DNA of 64,000 nucleotides from Phallusia mammillata. Taxonomy: Eukaryota. The translations under genes were made by a program, and so were the position numbers. The stretch spans positions 20,708,001 through 20,772,000 of the forward strand of contig OZ281498.1 of the NCBI GenBank assembly GCA_965637545.1, given 5' to 3'. Below are positions 34,601 through 45,100 of this stretch, piece after piece. A model generated the notes under the pieces. That model was not told the DNA's origin. It was given only the letters and a program-made list of their open reading frames with translations, and did no database searches. Numbering within the stretch: position 1 is the stretch's first letter; every line of letters begins with the position of its first letter.

Positions 34601-35791
34601 AGTATGGGTCGCGACCCAAACATGGGTCGCATAGGGTAAAAAAATGGGTCGCGCACACAATAGCCTTCCCACTATACTGTTTCGCACATGGCGATTGTAA
34701 CGTCATAGCACGGAAAATAATAGGATAAGTTAATCTTGCTATAACTGAACTTGGCCATGTGACAGTTAGCGTTAGAGTATGAGTAAGTATTCGTACAAGG
34801 AAATAAATACATTTTTTGTTGTTCGAGGCTTGGGTCGTGAGGTGTTTATAAAACTCAGATTTGGGTCGCGTTCAAAAACGTTTAAGAACCACTGTCTTAT
34901 AGGCAAATAAAAAGTCAAGTTACAAAGTATCACATTTTAGTACCTGAATTTATTCTTTTTATATTCCTTATAATATTGTTCCAGTCCCGTTGTCGATGTC
35001 GCCATACAATTCGGAAAAGATTCGCTTGAGGTCTCAGAGTCGCTAAGATTACGTTTTGCTCCTTTCCATTCTGGTTCAAACATTGGTTTGGTTCCGTCAA
35101 ACAGTTGAATCGAAGACGCAGCCCAATTTGGTAAACAATTCTTGGAAAAGTCTTCTGGACGTTTTGACTTTTGACCAAACTTTGATTTTATGAGAAGATC
35201 AGTTTCGCTACGTGCCTTTACTCTGTTGGTATGTAACGCCAAAGACCCCTTTCTTTCACGTTGAGCCATTTTGCCAGGTAGCTTGTTTGTAATATCAGTC
35301 GAATCTGGTTTCTTCAAATCCGTATTCACTGTAGACGTGTATACCGTTTCACTTTTTGATTTTGTCCCGTTTGAATACGTGTACAACGTTTCACTACTTT
35401 TTGAAGCATTGTTGGAAGTCTTGCTGTTAGTTTCTGCGGTTTTACTAGAATATACATCCTTCAGGCTCTTTCCAGTAACTTTGGGGACTAACGAAGGTGT
35501 AGATTGTGAAAGAAACTTGTTAGGCGTTCCACTAAACCTCAATTTTCTTCTTCTTTTCAAACTTCTTGGTGTAAGTTTCTCCTTTGCGGAGTATTTTCCG
35601 TAACTCGAAGAAGATGAAGAACTTAGAACATTCTGATATAAAGACGATCGCTTTTTGTAAACTTTTCGTTTGGTTCTGGTATTTTTATCACTCAAAATAG
35701 TCGGTAAGTCACGAATGGTTCCCGTTTTGTCCGACATTTTAAATTTTAGCCCTTCAATAAATTGCAAAAAAATGTCTACAATTTTCCCCAT
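21628..35791 (-). CDS. Giant low-complexity, largely disordered protein (~3,160 aa from 34160; ~3,440 aa if the 34944-35791 exon is joined)
   Basis: Phase-consistent GT-AG chain complement(join(21628-22695,23360-23562,24067-26522,27084-32186,32566-32735,33007-33215,33891-34160)) links all large minus-strand ORFs. Exon 34944-35791 (ATG 35791) ends in phase 2 while 34160 starts in phase 1, so an unplaced small exon or a separate gene is required. No family recognised. Confidence 0.7.
23021..23228. mobile_element. Degenerate, internally deleted relative of the 5360-5783 MITE
   Basis: agttgcaag...ggcccgcttgcaact termini and ttcgggcc motifs; no clean TSD. Confidence 0.6.
23360..23562 (-). CDS. 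Giant gene exon
   Basis: 203 nt, phase 1-0; ttttttctcAG acceptor, GAG/GTAAGC donor. Confidence 0.75.
24067..26522 (-). CDS. Giant gene 2,456-bp exon
   Basis: Acceptor ttttttatttcAG, reads in frame into the 771-aa ORF; donor GTAAGG; phase 2-1. Confidence 0.8.
26722..27058. mobile_element. hAT-type MITE with tgtcctc(c)tttt subterminal repeats
   Basis: Flanked by the direct repeat actttactt (26713-26721, 27059-27067); imperfect TIR aggcctaccata / tatggcct; about four gtcctc repeats; ends ~25 bp from the mega-exon donor. Confidence 0.7.
27084..32186 (-). CDS. Giant gene 5,103-bp mega-exon
   Basis: Within the 1728-aa ORF; acceptor ttgttttcAG at 32187-32188, donor CAG/GTAAAC at 27083; phase 2-2. 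Confidence 0.85.
32566..32735 (-). CDS. Giant gene exon
   Basis: 170 nt, phase 0-2, KRKPIDIKQNYEE...DDGTYK; donor GTATGT. Confidence 0.7.
33007..33215 (-). CDS. Giant gene exon
   Basis: 209 nt, phase 1-0, GNVISPESQPD...VEFQP; donor GTAAAT. Confidence 0.65.
33556..33790. mobile_element. hAT-type MITE (235 bp)
   Basis: TIR caagggtcggcaacc / ggttgccgaccgctg (13/15); perfect 8-bp TSD ttctattt; (g)cggacc(g) repeats. Confidence 0.9.
33891..34160 (-). CDS. Giant gene exon
   Basis: 270 nt, phase 1-1, GVPFYCDPRTNSPPG...SGLDE; donor GTATCA. Confidence 0.65.
34588..34894. mobile_element. hAT-type MITE (307 bp)
   Basis: TIR cagtggttctcaaa / tttaagaaccactg; perfect 8-bp TSD tcttatag; repeated tgggtcgc motifs. 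Confidence 0.92.
34944..35791 (-). CDS. Giant gene putative first coding exon (Ser/Lys-rich)
   Basis: ORF 34937-35791; donor TTCAG/GTACTA at 34943. It could instead be a stand-alone 284-aa ORF. Confidence 0.65.
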
Positions 35792-36127
35792 TGTTACAAA
35801 ATAATTTTACATTGTTGGCAAACAAACGTCACGGTTTAGTGATTTTGTTGCGTGCGTGTTTTGTTGGTAAACTTTGCAAATATTTTCAACACAAAAATGA
35901 TCGTATCTGACTTATTTTGAGGTGCGCAATGAAATAAATACATAAAATCTGTAATGTATTCTTCAAGCTGTAAACCATTTGAGTTTCCAACCCGAACTTT
36001 TAGTATCAAATCTACTTTAATATTTTTTATTTGCTGTAGTCTGGAAACGCATTTAGGAAAGAAGTACATTTTTCGCAGCCCCATTTGGTTTCTGTTTGTT
36101 AACTAGCAAACTGACAGTTGTTTGAAT
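35792..36127. promoter_or_regulatory. Putative bidirectional promoter/5' UTR interval (giant gene and COG5 head-to-head)
   Basis: 336 bp between divergent ATGs at 35791 (minus) and 36128 (plus). Positional inference only. Confidence 0.55.
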
Positions 36128-36176
36128 ATGGAGAGTGTGCATTGTGAGGACGTTTTGGACACATTTGCTTCAAATG
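36128..36176 (+). CDS. COG5: COG5 exon 1
   Basis: [16 protein letters not shown] + G, donor GTAAGT, phase 1. Confidence 0.75.
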
Positions 36177-39100
36177 GTAAGTTTGTATTGTTTAAAATCT
36201 TGGTATTTTCAACAATCAGTAGTTAAACAAACCTATAAACTTTAAGTTGTGTTTGGCTCAGGAAAATGATTACCAAAAAGTTACACTGGTGTTTTGGAAA
36301 ATCAAATGTTGTTTACCAGCTTCCTTTGTTTGCAAAAAAATACTTCAAGTACACACTTCTCTACTCTGCTGAAAAACAGTAATCATAAAATAGAATGAGT
36401 TTAATAAGCACATACATTCCACCTAAATGTCTAAGTGTACAAATAGAAGTGATAACCACTTGCAAAACAACCTCTTTTTGACTTGACATACATGACCTAT
36501 GTTTATGCTCTATAAACTCCATGTTTATGTTTGTTACAGATGTGCTTTCAGATTTTCTAAATGATGATTTTGAAGTACAAGAATATGCTACAAATGTCAT
36601 TCAAAGTGCTGCTATATCTCAACGTCTTGCTCAGCTTGTCGATGGAATTAGCATGTTGGACAAAGAACTGCAGTCACAGGTTATTTTCATAATATATAAA
36701 AATTAACGCCTGCATAACTACCAAGCACAACTAATGTATGCATAAAATCTTTGTTTCATAATACATTCTTAAATTTACGCACTATTGATATTACAAAGTC
36801 ATAGGCATGTGAAAGATTGAAAACTGTATATTAACATGCATTTCATCCAAAATAATACAAATCAATTTCAATACTATTCACTGTGTGATGAAAACCCAAA
36901 GCGTTGATGACATGTTTGTAGTTGTATGGTTGGTTTGTAATAGTGTATATATATTGCAGATTGCATCAAGACATGAAGATTTACTTGCACAAGCTACTGG
37001 TATAGAATCTCTTGAGGGTGTTTTGACAATGATGCAGTCCAGAATAAGCTCACTGCAATCAGCAGTAGATAGGTATTCACAATGTTATCACCTCAAGCAA
37101 AAACTTTGTTTGTGAAATTGGATCTTGCCATTTAAGGCTTGAATGCATTATCAGAAATGACTTGATTTAGGCACCTGTTGAAGGTTTGTGTCCCATCGTA
37201 GAATATATTTTCCCGTGCTGAATTATAAACTTGGTATTCAGGCTTGATTTGGCATTATGACCATAGGTTTGGCATACAGTGACTCAATTCAGCGATTAAA
37301 TATAGAATTCAGAGATTAAATACACTGGATTAGGTCAATTATCATAGTTTGGTGTAGAAAAAACAACGTAAGTCTGTTAAGTTTTGTGATATACCTAATA
37401 TAAGCAGTAGAACAATATTTGTATTCATATGATGAAAGTTATCCAATTATGTTTCAGAATTCGAAGCAAAGTTGGTGAACCTTTTCAGAAAATCAGTGCT
37501 CGGACAATACAACTAGGACGATTGCAGGTAAGAAGGTTCATTATTGGAACAATGCAATAAACATTAATGGCAAAATGTTAAAGGGGGTTTAACTGCAGCA
37601 TATTCTACAATTTATTTATGTGATATCCTGTCTGTTCTGCAAACTTTAAAGCATGGTTGCATTATGCTGTTCATTAGCCTTGTTATGGTTTGTAATATCT
37701 TTTATCGTTGGGAAAATAGAACAGCCCAACTGTTACAGAATTATTTTGGTAACCTCGAAATTTAGAGAAAGTTGTTCGGGTGCGAGATCTTTAACGCTAA
37801 ACCTTCCCAACTATCCCGATTGTATTCTAACACTCGAGGCTACCTCCCTAATTCGTAAAACGGTCCAAGACCCTGCACTAACGGCTTATCGCTAAAACCA
37901 ATTGTTACAACGGTGACTTCGCTACTGGCCAAAAATAATATATATTGTAATTAATAAAACCTTTGAAAGGTACTGTTCGATCACGTTACGTCACAGCAAT
38001 AACCACGTTGCACTATAGCAAAACACAATAACAACACAACAGCACCAAAACAATCGCGCACACTTCACCGGGGCCAGGAGAGAACTGCCACACCAAACAC
38101 AAGGAGAAACGACGTCACATGCCTCTAGGAATGTGACCAATCACAATGCGCCACGGGAAATCACTAAAGCGGGGATGCGTTCGAAAAGTTACCGGTGTAA
38201 AAGTACAAATAAAGATATTAAAGTGAAAATGGGTGAAAATGGAACACAAGAAAACAAAAGTAAAAAAACAAGAAGTGAAAGGAATAACGTGAAAATAAAT
38301 ATGGCTAAACAAAACAAACAAACATTATGAAACAAAACAACTAATATATTAATAGGTAAATAAAGTTACAGTGAAAAGCAAGTGCAATAATTAAACATTG
38401 AATCAGCGTATATCAAACGAAATGAACACAGTGAAACACCCATATATCGATAGATAAATAGGTTTACCGTGAAAATCAAGTGCGATAATAAAACAATAAA
38501 TAAGCATATACCAAACTAAGTGAACACAGTGAATAAAATAAACTAAGTGAACACCGGTTCACGTTACACAAGCTGATGTTGCTCAACAATGTACAGTAAT
38601 AAGGTGATAGAAGTGTAATGAAATGTTGTTCATATGGCTGAGGTAGTATTTGTGTGTACAAACAATGTGCAGACAAGGTATATTTCAAATTTTTGTGCGT
38701 ATTATATATTTTTTTTGCTGTTAAAATTACGTAATTTTCGTTTGTCTGTACATGCTTTGTTCCCAACTTTTTTTCTTAAATATTTTTGTCACCAGGTAAC
38801 ATGTGATCTTTTGAGAAGAATCATTCGCATCCAACGCTTAAGTAAGCGACTTCACAGTCAACTTCAAGGGGGAATAAGAGAAATCACCAAAGCTGCTCAG
38901 AGCCTAAGTGAACTAGGTAAGTCGAATATTTTTTTTTTACAATTTTAAAATTCACAGTCAGTTGTTTGTTCAATGAAGCCCATTCTTTATATGGGTCTCT
39001 AATCAACAAATAAATGAATGGTGGTTTTTGTGATCATCTCTGGTGACAAAATAGTTGCGAAAATCCTGCCACATGGTGGCATTGTCGAGTAAAACTTGTT

Positions 39101-42100
39101 TTCCATACATTGTCAATTAAAAAACGGTTTCATTTAGTTTATAACTCTCCATTAAGATTTTACAATACAGATTGTCAGAGGTTTTGAATAATTTTCTTGT
39201 AGCATTTGTCCATCTAAATTTTAACTTTGTGTATGAAAGATTTGTCAACAAAAGTGTAAAAACCAGAAAAAAAACTTGTTTGCAGTTTGTGCTGCTTTAT
39301 TAAAGTCTAGCCAAAACATTCTGTTTTTGTTTTTTACTGTTGTAAATTAAAATAAAATAACGAGTTCAAACCACAGGTTAACTACAATATTTTGTTGCCA
39401 TTTTTGTATTGACATCCAAAAAGGTAAAACTTACGCATCAACAAAAAAACGCCAAAACAGCGCCAAAGGAACACCACAGTGAAAACAAAAAATGAGCGCA
39501 TAAAACACAGTGCTTAGTCCAGCGCACGTGTTCGATTTTCAATGTCAAAATCATGGTCTAATCCTCGAAACGGGGCTGCGTTGTTTGACACTGCGTGACG
39601 GTGAGTAAGCATTAATTATGCAAGCCTATACGATTCGCTGTCGAATTTTAAGAGCATTGCTGCCATTACCATTGATCTAAGACTGCTGTAGAGCGACAAT
39701 TGGGACAATGGATGTGCACAGTTATGTGGTTTTGCCCTATTGGCCTTGACAATTTCAAGATGTGGTCCTGTATATCAAGATCTGTCGTTTTAAACACCTA
39801 GTGTATTTCTTTTGTACATTAGCATTGGAAAACACACTTGGGTGCACAGAAGTTGTTTTTTACGTCGTTTAAGGGTGATAACGACAATATTTTTGCGCAA
39901 AAGTAACAAAATAAAGAGTTTTGTAATGCTAGTGAAGAAATATACAACTTACATAACGACTTTGGCATGGCCGTAACATAGAAGAACTGAAAAACGGCAA
40001 TTTATAAATATGGCGTCAAAATAGGAATTGCAACAAATAACTCAAAAAAATGCTGCGTCGTTTCATTTAAACATGTTCTATTACTGATAAAGTTGACTTA
40101 GTCAGTAATTTTTCGCTTGTGTCATGTCCCGATGAACTGTCGTCATTTGTGTTCATTCTACAAATCTTATCATGGCGTTTACAATGTGCACCAGAGGGTG
40201 AAGCAGTACTCCTTACCCTATCCCGTTGTAAATTTGCTTTGTTTCGACCCCAGGGTGAGCTCCAAATGGCTGAGACCCGAATGCGACCCCGGGAATTGAT
40301 TGGAATTTGGTTTTTACCCCGTTTTGTAGCACACAGCACCTTGAGGTCTTTGCGAATCTTTTCGCGTGAAAAACTGTACAGAAAAGGGTTAAGGGTGCTT
40401 GTAACAGCCGCCAAGGCAAGACTCCATAGGAACGCCGTGTTCCAAATAAAGTCTTCTTCGCATTTGCTTACGGTCGTAAAGCGAAAAGGCATGTTTGTGT
40501 TATTGACAGAGCATTGTACTTTTGAGCAAATGTCCGGCGTTTCGTCATATGTCAATAAAAGGAATTTTGCCACCGGTAGCGCATGGAACGGAATCCAACA
40601 TAACAAAAACGCTAGTAGAATTAGGATGGTCATTTTCCGTAAATGCCTCATTCTTTTCCGTTTTTCCTTCATTTTTGCTGCCACCATCCTCTTCAACGCC
40701 AGCACAACGGTTATAGAAAGCGCTACCGACGCAAAATCGGTCTTGCATTCCGAGAGTTTACGTTGCGCTGCTCCGTTTTTCGGTGCGGAAAGCAATTGTG
40801 CTTGTGATCCAGCGAGACTAGCTTCTTCAACGCTGTTTTGTTTGGAATTTTCCAGCGATTTTGGTGGTGTTTTGTTATAGTTAACGCTCTGCACTATAAT
40901 AGGTGGCGGTTTCTGCTGATTAATATCAGTTGGTTTTATTTCCGCCATGTTAATGTCGCTATCTGGTTTTCCACCCCATTTCCAGCAGGTATGACTGCGC
41001 AGCGTAAAGTTGTTGTTCTTTTTGTTGTTGTTTTGCGCTTTGCCGAACTGCTGGCCACCAATCTTCTTGGCATGTCTGTGAACAAGAAAATACGTTTGTT
41101 TACTATAATTATCCAAGCACGATATGGTTTATTGGGTAGAAGTATTTGGCATCTGCTTTTACACAGAAGTGCACAAATACTGTTTACCTTGGTTTTGTAA
41201 CTTTTTAAAAAAATGTTATGTGGTTAGGTGGAGTATTTGCAGGTTTTTATTGTAATAAATAAATAAAGGTGTAAATTTATTTTTTCTTCTAAACGTTATA
41301 GACAAGCATTTTTTCCCTATTTTGAAACACGGCTTAATAAATACCAATAAATATAAATATCAATAGTAAAAAAAAACATGTGTAAATAAATTTAAAGAAT
41401 TAAGAGTTAAACAAACATGTTTAAAAAAAGAAACAAACATAAATAGACCCTGAGTCGAGATTTTAATATTTACATGTACGCTTAACACTTTACTTTAACC
41501 TACATTTTTGAACTATTCATATCATTGCCACTTTTTCGATTGCTTACATTTATGGTAGTTTTTCAGAAACTAGGGTTTGAACAGGTTCACATTTAACAGT
41601 AACTAATTATATGGCGCTTATCTATCCCAGATACTTTATCTGGGCTACTTAGCCGTCATGACAAATCGTTAGCCACGGTAAACACCTCGTCTCAAGCGTT
41701 CAATCGGTACAGAAATCAATGAAAAATCGACGTGGGGCTAATTGAACCGTAAGCATGAACTGACTTGACCTGTGGTAACCCTTGTCACATGTCAAGGCGG
41801 TGACGTGTCCGTTTCCAGATAACACTGTGATTGCTAACATCCTAAATGTAACAATCCCGCGTTTATGTTGAATATCTTAACAGTTCGTTTCAGTTCGCAA
41901 GACGAGATTGACAAGAAGAGTGAACACTTTCAAGCAGGGGTCACCAACCTTTTTTACAGCGGGCCGGATACTATTAAAATTGATTTGCGAGGGCCACATA
42001 GCTTACAAACCCTAACGTAACGCCGTTCCCAAAACTTACGCTTTTGCAGGACCAGCACGCTACAATCTTACTTAGAGTCTGATAGTGCTACTGTTAAATA

Positions 42101-45100
42101 GTAAAATTGTGTGGAATAATTTTCTCCGCTACTGGCCATACTCATTTATTTCATCACAATTAAAAACGATTTGTATTTGCCTAAAACAAAGAATACATCA
42201 AAACTTTTTTCAATGTAACAAAGCTGCTTTCGGAATGTTTTATGCGTTATGTGAAACTAGTTGAAATTGGTCCTACATGTTGCCAGGGGAATACTTTCGC
42301 AATATATTAACTGTAACTATAAACTCAAGCATATTCTAAGAATAAAGGCCAAATACTTTCTCGGGCTGGATGAAATGACGTTAAGGGTCGTAGTTTGGTT
42401 AGTGGTGACCCCTGCTTTGAGGCAATATTGCGTTTCTAACCTTTTTGGTAATAACACAATCCTGTTTTAAATTTATTAACTCTGTGGACGCCCATGTATA
42501 ATTGCCCCGTTTTTGAAATAAAAAATCTATAAAACTTTGGCATACACCACTTTTAACCTTCGCGCGAGCTTATCAGGAGCGTGCGAACCCCGACTGCATC
42601 AAACCATTCGATAACACGCTTAATTTACTTGTAGCGTTAATTAGGGGTTATCCTACATTTTTGCGGCTTTGGAAAACATTGCGATGGGCGCAACCACTGA
42701 TCCGTTACATTGACTTTTCTGTAAATTTGCGCAACTTGCATAGAATTCAACTATATTTTGTCCATTGTATTTTGATTGACGTGTTTAATGTTTTTCGCCT
42801 TTTAAAAAAGTTATTTTTTGGTCCCTGTATTTCCTTGTGAAAACTTAAATTGTTTCTAAAACGTTCGGTGAGCAATTGTTTTGTGTTTTGAGTTTTCATA
42901 GGTTGGTTGTTGCTTTTGGATGTATTTTTATAGTCTATTAAAACAGAATGTTTCAACCATTATTAATCTGCATTTTCACAAACAGCCACAAATTAATTTT
43001 CTTCCCATTCAATGCAAACGGATAAAAAAAATGACAGTCACACAGGGCAAATGCGTTTATAGCAAGAAAAAGTCACTGAATTTAAGATAAGTTACGGCAG
43101 TATTCAAATTGTCCCAGTAATCGCAATGTTTGCTCCCAGTTGGAGAAAAATGCTGTCTGGTACAACCTCCTTGCTTATAAATAATTCAGTAGGTTTTCCT
43201 AACGGCGAAAAACCATTAAAACATGGTGATTTTTCTTTTTACATTGCCGACTGGCTGTACGACAAAGGCCATAGCGTCAAATTTCAGATGTGGATAATTT
43301 GAATGAACAAAATCTGCGTACTAGCATTTGGAATGACGTCGTAAATGTTTAATTTGCCTTTCATGCGAATCACTCAGCATTTCGTAGACCGTGACATAAT
43401 AATTGCGTGACAATTTTTCTTCACTGTTTTAAGTTGGAATTTTTGACTTTTAAATCAATCCGCTGCGTTAACTTCATCGGATGGAAAATATGGAGGTGCT
43501 ATGTTTAAAGGGGTAAATTATATTTCTATGTTTTTCTTTCAATTTTATGATCTTTACGGTTAGGATTGTATAATTATACACAAGGGCTTCTCACAGCTCT
43601 GCTTAAAAAGGTAGTTAGGGGAACCCGCTCTAACGAACTGATAATGTAATGATCACGCAAAACAATACTGAATCACATAACTCTTAAATAGATTGACTAA
43701 TCTTAAATTCTCTTTACATGAAAGATGAAACAACTGCGTTTGTTAAAACTTTTCTAAAAATGATTTTTTGAAACGATTATTCTTGCGCCTTTATTACATT
43801 TGCAGCTTTGCTCGTTACAACGTTTGTTGAAACGTGCGTAAAAAAGATATTTACTAACTACAATTTCTACTGCAGTTGTGTGTAAACCTTATTTCAATAT
43901 CCATGCCATAAATTTTCAGTAGCCTAAATCTTGCTTTACAATGCTATTACGCAGCACTTTAAAGGGGCAAGAGATAAATTTAAGCAGCCTTTTGCTCAAC
44001 GATTTTATTTTAGGATTGTCTTCAGTCAAGCTTGTCCTATGTTGGCACTGGAACCACTTTTGTACTTTCTTGCCATTAAAGCGGCTTAGATTTCGCCTCC
44101 TGATGCGTAAAAAGGTTTATTTGGTTTCCTTAAACAAGGTTAAATGTGACTTTTGTATGTGCAGTCGAATGGTTTTTAGCCAGCATTTTAATAGTTTGGA
44201 CATGAACACTGTAGCTGCATATCAACGCAACGTTTACGTAAAATCTTAAGTTTTTCTGACATGTAGTAGTTGTATAGTGTTGAAAACCCGTGAGGCAATT
44301 TACTTCGGATTTGGCATTCTTTGGATTCCCCCCCCCCCCCCCCCCCTAAATAACTAAGAATATTTTGTTTTCCTTCCCTTGCTTTTCTAATTTAGGTTTG
44401 ACGAACCTGTATTAAGGGTTTGTCAGATGTCCTTAAAACTTTCTGGCATATGTCAAAATTTAGCGAATTATGGATGTATGTAAGATTAGACTTAGAGTAT
44501 AACGTAATGGCTGGGATTATCCTGTTGTTCACCAATTGTTTTACCCTTGGTTAACAATGTGGTATAAGTTTTAACGATTCAGAAAAAAACTTTCAGTTAC
44601 CTGTAATTCCGTTGGTGAACTGAACGCAGAATCTTCAGGTACACGGTTATAACGAGCACGGCGGCCACAAGAAAAATCGTCACTTGAAAACCGACTTGTA
44701 GAGACAAATCCAGTTTATTTAGTTGGCACAAATTCTTCCAACAATCTGCTGTACAAGTCACTTCCTTAATGTCTCCAATCCTTTTTAAGCTTTCCCCAGA
44801 CAATGAGGACAAGGATATATTCTTTAGGCCTTCATTTTGCTTGTAAACCCCATCATATTTCAACATTGACAGCAATGGTACTATTGTTGTGGACAAGCAA
44901 AGCAACCACATCATCCAAATAGCAACTTGTGGTCTTCGTTTGACGAAAAACCTCTTTGATGGTCGCAGGCTGATGTCACCACGATCCAAGGCTAAAAGTG
45001 CCGTTCCGGTGGCACTTGCAATTGCCAGAAATAGTAGAATGCTTCGGTCAGCAAAACATAAATTGTTTAGGTGCTTTCCAGTGCTTAGAGGCAGCAGTTG

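Noticed and set aside
37900-38570. Possible solo LTR (TGTTAC...GTTACA) in COG5 intron 4
   Set aside because: Flanks do not form a 4-6-bp TSD, and there is no PBS or PPT; only the internal tandem repeat is retained as a feature.
40119-40880. 253-aa plus-strand ORF (also 44889-45263)
   Set aside because: Exactly antisense to GPR22 exons and not part of the COG5 exon chain.
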